From the IMG/VR virus record IMGVR_UViG_3300015050_000883, positions 1 to 26,302 of that record: a DNA stretch of 26,302 nucleotides; one strand, 5' to 3'. The position numbers were made by a program, and so were the translations under genes. The notes under the pieces were generated by a model, which was not told where the DNA came from, did no database searches, and worked only from the letters and a program-made list of their open reading frames with translations. The stretch comes from a virus (Duplodnaviria; Caudoviricetes). Every line of letters begins with the position of its first letter. Positions within the stretch are counted from its first letter, which is position 1. Below, piece after piece: positions 8,301 through 16,613 of this stretch.

Positions 8301-9503
8301 ATGAATCTAATTGATAAAGTTAAACACTCATTAAAATGGAAACGGTCTAATGCATTCTGTGCTACAAAATTAGGTATTTCTATTGAGAAATACAAACAAT
8401 TAAAAAGACAAATTAATTTTAAATTTGGAGAAACTATAGAACATCCAAGAACAAATAAAATATTAGAGTTTAAAGAAGACCTTGATAAAGGTACTGCAGA
8501 AATAAAAGGACTGTCTCTTACAGAACCTAGAACTGCAGAAGAGATTATAGAACTATTAAAGATAGATGTTACTAAATGGAAGCTTAGTTCATATTGGAAT
8601 AAAGAAAGACATGATGGTTGGTTTATATCAGCCATGGTAACAGCTCTTAAACATGAACCTAAAGATATATTAGCTGATGTAATAGCTAACTTTAATCCAC
8701 GTTATGAACAAATTGGAGAAGTATTTGTAAATGAGAAGTTTACAAATGATTCTGTAGGTATTATATCTACACAAGACTTACATTTTGGAAAAGAAGATAA
8801 TACTAATATACTAGTTCACTTTAAAGAAGCTATTACTAATCTGGTAGGTAGGGCATATATGTCCCATAAACTTACTAAGATAGTTTACGTTATAGGGGGA
8901 GATCTTCTTAATATGGATACTTTCTCTGGTACAACAACAGGTGGTACTCCGGTGGATAATGCTCAGAGGGCACAGGATGCTTATGCAGAGGCTTTTGATG
9001 CATTGTATTGGTCAATAGCTTACCTTAAACAATTCTGTGACAATTTGCATGTAGTTTATGTCCCAGGAAACCATGATAGACTTAGTTCATTTCATATAGC
9101 TCATGCACTATCTAAGTGTTTTGATTTAGAAGAAAATAATATTTATTTTGATGTAGAGTATGCAGAAAGAAAAGTTGTGGTTTATGGTCATAACTTTTTT
9201 GCTTTTGAGCATGGAGATGTTACAAAAAAGAATACAGCTTTAGTGTATGCTACAGAATTTCCAGTATCTTGGGGAGCCACTAAATATCGTACCTGTTACA
9301 CTGGTCATTTTCATTCTAAAAAAACTGTTGAGTTTGTCACTGAAAATGAATATAATGGTTTTGCTGTTAAACATCTACCTAGTCTGTGTTCTACAGATTA
9401 TTGGCATTATCATAACAAATTTGTAGGAGCCAAACGTCAGGCTATTATGGAAATTCATGATGTTGAGAAAGGTAAAATATCTGAATTTATATACACTGTT
9501 TAA
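8301..9503 (+). CDS. Calcineurin-like metallophosphoesterase with basic N-terminal extension (400 aa)
   Basis: All five motifs in order: DLH, GGD, GNHD, HGD, GHFH. Confidence 0.85.
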   Translation: MNLIDKVKHSLKWKRSNAFCATKLGISIEKYKQLKRQINFKFGETIEHPRTNKILEFKEDLDKGTAEIKGLSLTEPRTAEEIIELLKIDVTKWKLSSYWNKERHDGWFISAMVTALKHEPKDILADVIANFNPRYEQIGEVFVNEKFTNDSVGIISTQDLHFGKEDNTNILVHFKEAITNLVGRAYMSHKLTKIVYVIGGDLLNMDTFSGTTTGGTPVDNAQRAQDAYAEAFDALYWSIAYLKQFCDNLHVVYVPGNHDRLSSFHIAHALSKCFDLEENNIYFDVEYAERKVVVYGHNFFAFEHGDVTKKNTALVYATEFPVSWGATKYRTCYTGHFHSKKTVEFVTENEYNGFAVKHLPSLCSTDYWHYHNKFVGAKRQAIMEIHDVEKGKISEFIYTV

Positions 9504-9521
9504 ACTATTAAAGTTTAACTA

Positions 9522-9560
9522 GGAAACCTCAAAGATTTTTCGTAAATTATAATATAAGAG
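9522..9560 (+). promoter_or_regulatory. Putative phage-specific (late) promoter, copy 2
   Basis: Same spacing as, and 31/39 identity with, 47-85. Directly precedes the IHF-ring-muzzle-cargo operon. Confidence 0.65.
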
Positions 9561-9563
9561 ATT

Positions 9564-10151
9564 GTGGCAAAACAATATAAAAAACCAGACCTTAATGCAC
9601 CAAGATTTAGACCTAAAAAATTAAATCTTACAAATATGGAATTCTATAACAAATTTATAGAAGAAAATCCAAAGTATAACACCCTTACTTTAAATCAGTT
9701 TAAAGATGTTATTAAAACTTTTAATGGTTTAATATGGAATGGTATAATAAATGAGAGAGATGGTGTGCAACTTCCTGAGCAACTAGGATATATATTTATA
9801 GGAAGTTGCCCAAGAAAAATTACTGATAATGTGGATTATCATAAAAGTCTACATTATGGGGTCAAACTTCAAAATAGAAATTGGGAATCTGACCAGTATG
9901 TAGCTAAGATTTTTTATACAAACTATGAAACTAAATATAGATTTAAAAATCATGACTTATGGGGATTCACTGCACTAAGAGATTTTAAAAGATCGGTTGC
10001 TAAAACCTACCCTAGTGAATGGAAAAAATATATTCAAGTTGATAATAAGCTTAAAATAAGCAGGTTGTTTAGATTGGAAAAGTTTAAGCAATCAAAGACA
10101 GATGAAACAAAAGAACTGTTAAAAAATTATGATGAATTTAATTTAGATTAA
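9564..10151 (+). CDS. crAss-type IHF/HU-like DNA-binding protein (195 aa, GTG start)
   Basis: Basic protein; helical N-half then GVQLPEQLGYIFI (HU/IHF-like strand-turn) and FTALRDFKRSVAK. Its position before the ring and muzzle genes matches crAss-like gene order. Confidence 0.6.
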   Translation: MAKQYKKPDLNAPRFRPKKLNLTNMEFYNKFIEENPKYNTLTLNQFKDVIKTFNGLIWNGIINERDGVQLPEQLGYIFIGSCPRKITDNVDYHKSLHYGVKLQNRNWESDQYVAKIFYTNYETKYRFKNHDLWGFTALRDFKRSVAKTYPSEWKKYIQVDNKLKISRLFRLEKFKQSKTDETKELLKNYDEFNLD

Positions 10152-10152
10152 A

Positions 10153-10827
10153 ATGGCTAAAAATACTATTGGAGATGTTGTATCAAGACTACGTGATCAG
10201 CTTAAAGGTAACAAACAAGATGCTTTTATGACTGATCGTATGATATATACATTTGTTTTAAAAACAGCTAAGTTTCTAATGAAACGTGAGGATAGCAAAA
10301 ATAAACTTTTGGTTTTCTCATCTGTAATTCAAACAATGGATTATGTAGAGCTTATAACAGTAGATAGAGTAGAGGCATGCTGTACAGGAGTATCATCTGA
10401 TTGTACTATTAAACGTACTAAAGATAAACTTCCTGTATTCTTACAGGGATATTTTGGACCTCTTATTCGTACTATAAGTTCACTTGATGGTTCAGAAGAA
10501 ATGCAACCTATTCTTCCTAGTACTTATAATGGTGTTGTAAAATCTAAATCATTTAAATATAACAAAACTAGATATTTTTGGTTTCTAGATGATTATATAT
10601 ATTTCCCTGATTTAGAATGGGAAGCTGTGCGTATAGAGGGAATATTTGAAGATGATATAAGTGCTTGGACTTGTGAAGAGGACAATTGTATTGTTAAACA
10701 AAATCAATCATTTAATGTTCCTGATTATTTACTAGCTGAGTTAGAAGCTCAAGTATTTAAAGATTTTATGGGCCTTTACCAAATTCCAGCAGATGCTGCT
10801 AATGATAAACAAAATATTGCAAGATAA
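10153..10827 (+). CDS. Tail ring/tubular structural protein (224 aa)
   Basis: Size and layout fit crAss-like ring proteins: N-terminal helices, beta-rich middle (YFWFLDDYIYF, VRIEGIFED) and C-terminal PADAAND. Coupled to the next gene by TAATG. Confidence 0.6.
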   Translation: MAKNTIGDVVSRLRDQLKGNKQDAFMTDRMIYTFVLKTAKFLMKREDSKNKLLVFSSVIQTMDYVELITVDRVEACCTGVSSDCTIKRTKDKLPVFLQGYFGPLIRTISSLDGSEEMQPILPSTYNGVVKSKSFKYNKTRYFWFLDDYIYFPDLEWEAVRIEGIFEDDISAWTCEEDNCIVKQNQSFNVPDYLLAELEAQVFKDFMGLYQIPADAANDKQNIAR

Positions 10828-11690
10828 TGAATACAGAACTTAAATATAAAACATTTGATGAATTACTTGGTGATGTAGGTATTGACTTTGCTATTTATAA
10901 TAATGAAGGTCTTATTGAACCAGCTCAACTTATTAAAGTTGCTCAACGAGTAAACTATGATTTAGGTTTAAGAATTAATGGAACAAAAGAAAAAGTTTTA
11001 GATATAGAGAATAGGAAAGTAAAACTTCCTGATGACTTTTATGTTCTTAACTATGCTTATTTAACAGGTACGTATACAGTTAACTATAGAGCTAATGCTG
11101 GAAGAGAAACTGAAAATGTAATTGTTGGCAATTGTTCTAGATGTCATAGAGCTGAATCAGACTGTTGCTGTGAAGCTACTTATGTACAAGAGTGTCAGAA
11201 TGGAGAAAAGATATTTGTACAAGTAGTTGAAAAAAGAAAAACTGAAACTAGAACATATGAATCATTTGAACGTATTAGAATGTCTACGGATGGAGGAAGA
11301 GCAGATGCTCTTAACAATCATGATGGACATACTGCTTTTATAAAAAATGGTTTTATATATACTAACATAGAACATGGTAAATTATTTATTTCTTATCAAG
11401 GAGCATTGGAAGATGATCTAGGTAACTTACTTGTATTAGATCATCCTATGATTAATGAATACTATGAGTATGCTATTAAACAACGTATTCTAGAAAATCT
11501 ATTTATTAATGGGGAAGATGTTGCTCAGAAAATACAGTTGATTGAACCAAAGTTACGATCAGCTCGTAATAATGCTCTTACTATAGTTAATACTCCTGAC
11601 TTTGCAGAAATGTATCAGGTGTGGAAAATGAATAGAAAAGCAATGTATGCTAGATATTATGATATGTTTAAAAGCTTTGACAGCTATTAA
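10827..11690 (+). CDS. Tail ring/tubular protein, P22 gp4-like (287 aa)
   Basis: KVKLPDDF, IKNGFIYTN..GKLFISY and YYEYAIK layout recalled from crAss-like tail tubular proteins; lies just upstream of the muzzle-like gene. Confidence 0.65.
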   Translation: MNTELKYKTFDELLGDVGIDFAIYNNEGLIEPAQLIKVAQRVNYDLGLRINGTKEKVLDIENRKVKLPDDFYVLNYAYLTGTYTVNYRANAGRETENVIVGNCSRCHRAESDCCCEATYVQECQNGEKIFVQVVEKRKTETRTYESFERIRMSTDGGRADALNNHDGHTAFIKNGFIYTNIEHGKLFISYQGALEDDLGNLLVLDHPMINEYYEYAIKQRILENLFINGEDVAQKIQLIEPKLRSARNNALTIVNTPDFAEMYQVWKMNRKAMYARYYDMFKSFDSY

Positions 11691-12052
11691 TGAAAATAAT
11701 AAAAACTATAAAAGTTCCTACGTACAGTTGTGAACTGTTACTTATTATAACAGATCAGTTAAAAGCTGAATCAGAGAAAATATATAAAAAATATAAGTTA
11801 ACTTTAGAAGATGATGGTGGTGAAAGTGAAGGAATATTATTAAGTCCAGATATCGATAAATACTTTTTAATTATAGACACTAAGTATTTATCACATAACA
11901 CTATAGCTCATGAAACATATCATGCTGTTGTAAGAGTCACTGAAGATAGAGGAGTTTCTGATGAAGAAGCTCAAGCTTGGTTATGTGGTCATTTAACAGG
12001 AGTGATGTATAAATTTTTAGAAAAAAAGAAGTTTGATATAAAACATGGCTGA
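11690..12052 (+). CDS. Small HExxH zincin-like metallopeptidase (120 aa)
   Basis: TIAHETYH followed by EEAQAW, the candidate third-ligand Glu helix. Overlaps both neighbours. Confidence 0.65.
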   Translation: MKIIKTIKVPTYSCELLLIITDQLKAESEKIYKKYKLTLEDDGGESEGILLSPDIDKYFLIIDTKYLSHNTIAHETYHAVVRVTEDRGVSDEEAQAWLCGHLTGVMYKFLEKKKFDIKHG

Positions 12053-15000
12053 TCAACAACAAGGAAACCCTGGAGCAACAACTAATACCTTTAGTAAAGG
12101 TATGCTCAAAGACTACAATGATACATTTGTAGGGGAAGGGTTATATACACATGCACGTAATGCAGTGAATAACTCCCATGATGGTCAAGTTGGTGTTATA
12201 GGTAATGAGCCATCTAATTTATTTTGTATAAAACTTCCATATACTCTTATAGGATGTATACATCTTACAGATGATCAATGGGCAGTATATTTAACAGATG
12301 ATACTAATTGTGAGATAGGAATCTTTGATGAATCAGCTTGCACTTATTCAACGTTATTAAATGATCCTTGTTTGGGTTTTAAACTTAGTAATTTAATTAC
12401 TGGGACTTATCGTAAAAGATATGACTGTGAACGTTTAGTTTATTGGGATGATGGAATAAACCCAACAAGATCAATGGATGTTGATAACACACAACAGTAT
12501 TACAATTATATTGATAGCTATGTAAACAATTGTAGAGTAAGAACTTACCTTACAACTGTAAATTGTGAGACTCTTAGAATTGCTCCGTTAATTACTCATC
12601 CTTGTATTTCAATTGAAAGAGGTTTAATAGCTGGTAGTATGCCTAACGGATCTTACCAAGCTTGCATAGCTTACACTATAAATCAAGTGAAGATTACTGA
12701 TTATATTGGATTAACTGCTGTACAACCATTATGGACACATGAAAATGTAAGTAGTTCTTTAGTAATTAAAATTAGTGAAATTGATAAAGACTTTGATGAA
12801 TTTGAATTAGTAATACTATCAACTGTAAATGCTCAAACTGTAGCTAAAAGAATTGGATACTATTCTACTTCTCAAGGAACAATTTATGTTGATAGATGGA
12901 GTACAGAATATGTTTCAGTAAGTGTTGGAGACGTAGTATTTAGATCTGAACCTATTGAGAAGACAGATGCTATGTATCAAACTAATGACTATTTATTACG
13001 AATAGGTACATATAGTAAATTTAAATTTAACTATCAACCAATAGCTAATAACATTAGAACTAAATGGACAGCTGTTCAGTATCCTGCAGATTACTATATA
13101 AAAGGTAATAATAATGCAGGCTACATGAGAGATGAAGTTTATGCATTTTTTATACGTTGGATTTATAATACTGGTGAGTTTAGTGAGTCATATCATATAC
13201 CAGGTAGACCAGCTCTTCCATCTGATAGAGCAAACATTACAGGTGATGATGCATTTGAAACTCAAGTTGCTCCAGTAGTAACTAGACAAACATGGCAAGT
13301 TGAAAACACGGGTAGTATAGGTGGTTTACCTTTTGTTTTAAATCCATCATATTTAAATGGAGGAATAATAGTTGCTAGAGGTGATATGTCATATTGGGAA
13401 TCTACTGAGTTATATCCAGATAATCGTCTAGATATATGGGGTAATTTATGTGGTCTTCCTATAAGACATCATAAATTTCCTGATGAAACAGTTACATCTG
13501 TTGCAAATAATCCACTAAGTATTTTTAATAATAATGGAACCACTATAACTATATTAGGAGTTCAATTTGAAAATATACAACCCCCTCTTGATAATAGTGG
13601 TAATCTTATTCCAGGTGTAGTAGGTTATGAAATTCTTCGTGGTTCACGAGAAGGAAACAAATCTATTATTGCAAAAGGGCTTTTTAATAATATGAGGAAG
13701 TTTGACACAAAAAGCTCAAGTCAAGGTTTGTTTCAAAACTATCCATATAATGATTTACGTACTGATCCTTTTTTAACAGGACAAGGACATACAGATGATA
13801 TTTTTTCTTTTCATAGTCCAGACACAACATTTAGTAATCCTTTTTTAAATCAAGGAGAAATAAAATTATACCAAGAATTTACAGGTACTGCTAATGGCTA
13901 TTTTGAAGATTCATGGAAACATCCAAGATTTAAATTAGCATCAGGACTAGTAAAAATTGTAGGAGATATTTTATATTTAATGTCTGCTGCTGAAGCAATG
14001 CAAACTATAGGAGGTGCAATATTTAAAAAAGCTGGTGGTGCAGCTGGTGGAGCAATAAAATTTACAGGAACAGAAGACAACCCAATAGAATTTACATATC
14101 AACTATCTCCTTTTCCCTCTTCTCCAGCTGCAGCTGGAGGAAATATTACAGGAACAATTATGACAGTTTTATCATGGGCATATTATGTTTTGCAAATAAT
14201 AACTTGGGCAATAACAACAGCTGCTGTAATTGCTTTAATTGTTGCAATGTTATCTTCTAAACAACAAAAAGTATATGATGTATTTATGTATTTAGTTGGA
14301 AGAGTACAGTTTGCAGTTCAGTATAACTCACATGCTTTTTATAATACGTATAAAAGTAATTTTATAAATAACAGAAGAAGAAAAGTTCTTGAGTCGGCTT
14401 ATGGTGGAAACAATTTACAGCAGTTTGCAGGAAACTATCTTATTCAAAATATAATGAGATCTAAAGCTGTTTTTATTCAAGTCAATAAAAATATAGTACC
14501 AACTGGAAACGATCAAAGTAGATTTTTATTAGGTAATCGTAGTAAGAATACTAATATTTCTTCTCCTGTTGCTTCTTATTATGGGGCTCTTAAAATACCT
14601 ATTGCATCTCAGTATGGTCAATTAGAATCTATTAAGCAAATTCCAATAAGCACTTGTATAACACCCACTGCTAATATAATACCCACTGCTAATACAACTA
14701 CTAATATATTTTTTGGAGGAGATGTTTATGTAAATAGATTCACTGAAAAAAATACAATGCCATTTTTTACATCATGGCTTATGGGAGAACCTGATGAGTT
14801 TGAATGGAACTATCAATTATATTATAATATTCCAGATCCGGTATATTGGATAAATAATTTTAAATATAAACACAATATTTTTGGGGATTCTTTTTCATCA
14901 TATAGAAATCTTGATAATCAAAATCCTGGACTTTTTGGTGTTAATGGTGGACAGTTTTATTTATTTTGTAATGGTGTACGTGATTTTTTTGTAGAGAGTG

Positions 15001-16613
15001 AAGTGAATGTAGCATATAGAGATTGGGAAGAGGATATACCAAGAAGACATTATGATGATAGAACATTTTCTGATCTTAAAGCAATGTTTAGAAGTGACAT
15101 TGTAATTAGTGGAAACTATTACAAGTATGATTATAACTTAAGTATATCTAAATTATTTAGTAGTCATATATCATGGGGTAATCTATTACCTAGAGATTAT
15201 AGTCCTATTAAAGCTGCAAGTTGTTATACATATAGACCTAATCGTGTAATTTATTCTTTACCACAACAAGTTGGATCTAAGAAAGATAGTTGGAAAATAT
15301 TTTTAACTAATAACTACAAAGATTTTCTATCTAGAGTTTCTTGTATTAAACCTATTAATAAAACAGGTTCTCTTTTTATGATGGCTAATCAAAGTCCTAT
15401 GTCATTTATGGGAGTTGAGGAACTTAAAGTTGATGGAACAGGAGCTAAAATAACAATTGGTGATGGTGGATTATTTCAACAAGCAATGCAGTCTGTGGTA
15501 AATGTTGATGAGTCATTTGAATATGCATCTAATCAAGGAAGGTATTGTTCAATAAATACAGTGCATGGTGTATTTTGGGTGAGTCAAAACCAAGGTAAAA
15601 TATTTTTGTATGCTGGTCAGTTAAAAGAAATATCTGCAGCAGCTGGGATGAGGTGGTGGTTTGCTAAATATTTACCTTCACAACTTCTTACACAATTTCC
15701 AACATATACTTTATATGATAATCCTGTAAGTGGTGTGGGTGTTCAAATGATGTATGATAATACTTATGACATAATATATATAACTAAAAAAGATTATTTT
15801 CCATTAACAGCTGGCTTACAACTTAATACTGCAAATAATGGGTTTACCTTAAATGGAACACCAATTGCACTAACAAATACTAATCATTTTAAACCAGCTA
15901 ACTTTACAGTGAGTTATGATTGTAAATCACAAAGTTGGATTAGTTTTCATGATTGGGTTCCTACATTCTTAATTCCAGGAAGATCCCACTTTATGAGTGT
16001 AGATAAAGATAATGTTTGGAAACATAATATACGTTGTGACTCTTATTGTAACTACTATGGTATAGATTATCCATTTGAGATAGAATTTGTATCTGCTACA
16101 GGACAGACCGTAAATACAATGAGAAGTATAGAGTACTTACTTGAAGTTTATAATATGTATAATGATTGCAGAGATAAGTCTCATGTATTAGACCAAAACT
16201 TTGACCAGGCTATTATTTATAATTCTGAGCAAATTAGTGGAATGCTACAACTTAATCTTAAGACAAAGAATGATCCTTTGAATATGTTAAATTATCCAAA
16301 GATAAATTTGAGTCCAGATTATATTGATATTCAATTTTCTAAAGAAGAACAAAAATATAGATTTAATCAATTCTGGGATATTACAAATGATAGAGGAGAA
16401 TATAGTGGTATATTTAGGCCCATGTTTAATACTGAACCTAATGGTTATATTTATCCAATTAATCCTCAGTATGTAAATTATAATAAACCAGTTTTACAAC
16501 GTAAGAAGTTTAGACATAATGTTAATAGAGTATTTTTAAGAAAAGTAAAAAGTACAAATAACAAGTTCTTATTTAAAGTATCTAATCAAAAATTATTACA
16601 ATCACCAAGATAA
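12045..16613 (+). CDS. Muzzle / tail stabilization protein, crAss-like (1522 aa)
   Basis: N-terminal NTFSKGMLKD...ARNA, LVYWDDGINP, GYMRDEVYAFFIRW, FFGGDVYVNRF and C-terminal WISFHDW motifs; beta-rich; size and position between ring and cargo genes. Confidence 0.75.
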   Translation: MADQQQGNPGATTNTFSKGMLKDYNDTFVGEGLYTHARNAVNNSHDGQVGVIGNEPSNLFCIKLPYTLIGCIHLTDDQWAVYLTDDTNCEIGIFDESACTYSTLLNDPCLGFKLSNLITGTYRKRYDCERLVYWDDGINPTRSMDVDNTQQYYNYIDSYVNNCRVRTYLTTVNCETLRIAPLITHPCISIERGLIAGSMPNGSYQACIAYTINQVKITDYIGLTAVQPLWTHENVSSSLVIKISEIDKDFDEFELVILSTVNAQTVAKRIGYYSTSQGTIYVDRWSTEYVSVSVGDVVFRSEPIEKTDAMYQTNDYLLRIGTYSKFKFNYQPIANNIRTKWTAVQYPADYYIKGNNNAGYMRDEVYAFFIRWIYNTGEFSESYHIPGRPALPSDRANITGDDAFETQVAPVVTRQTWQVENTGSIGGLPFVLNPSYLNGGIIVARGDMSYWESTELYPDNRLDIWGNLCGLPIRHHKFPDETVTSVANNPLSIFNNNGTTITILGVQFENIQPPLDNSGNLIPGVVGYEILRGSREGNKSIIAKGLFNNMRKFDTKSSSQGLFQNYPYNDLRTDPFLTGQGHTDDIFSFHSPDTTFSNPFLNQGEIKLYQEFTGTANGYFEDSWKHPRFKLASGLVKIVGDILYLMSAAEAMQTIGGAIFKKAGGAAGGAIKFTGTEDNPIEFTYQLSPFPSSPAAAGGNITGTIMTVLSWAYYVLQIITWAITTAAVIALIVAMLSSKQQKVYDVFMYLVGRVQFAVQYNSHAFYNTYKSNFINNRRRKVLESAYGGNNLQQFAGNYLIQNIMRSKAVFIQVNKNIVPTGNDQSRFLLGNRSKNTNISSPVASYYGALKIPIASQYGQLESIKQIPISTCITPTANIIPTANTTTNIFFGGDVYVNRFTEKNTMPFFTSWLMGEPDEFEWNYQLYYNIPDPVYWINNFKYKHNIFGDSFSSYRNLDNQNPGLFGVNGGQFYLFCNGVRDFFVESEVNVAYRDWEEDIPRRHYDDRTFSDLKAMFRSDIVISGNYYKYDYNLSISKLFSSHISWGNLLPRDYSPIKAASCYTYRPNRVIYSLPQQVGSKKDSWKIFLTNNYKDFLSRVSCIKPINKTGSLFMMANQSPMSFMGVEELKVDGTGAKITIGDGGLFQQAMQSVVNVDESFEYASNQGRYCSINTVHGVFWVSQNQGKIFLYAGQLKEISAAAGMRWWFAKYLPSQLLTQFPTYTLYDNPVSGVGVQMMYDNTYDIIYITKKDYFPLTAGLQLNTANNGFTLNGTPIALTNTNHFKPANFTVSYDCKSQSWISFHDWVPTFLIPGRSHFMSVDKDNVWKHNIRCDSYCNYYGIDYPFEIEFVSATGQTVNTMRSIEYLLEVYNMYNDCRDKSHVLDQNFDQAIIYNSEQISGMLQLNLKTKNDPLNMLNYPKINLSPDYIDIQFSKEEQKYRFNQFWDITNDRGEYSGIFRPMFNTEPNGYIYPINPQYVNYNKPVLQRKKFRHNVNRVFLRKVKSTNNKFLFKVSNQKLLQSPR
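14663..14694 (+). repeat. In-frame 18-nt-period duplication (ACCCACTGCTAATA x2)
   Basis: Direct reading; encodes TPTANI-IPTANT. Confidence 0.8.
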
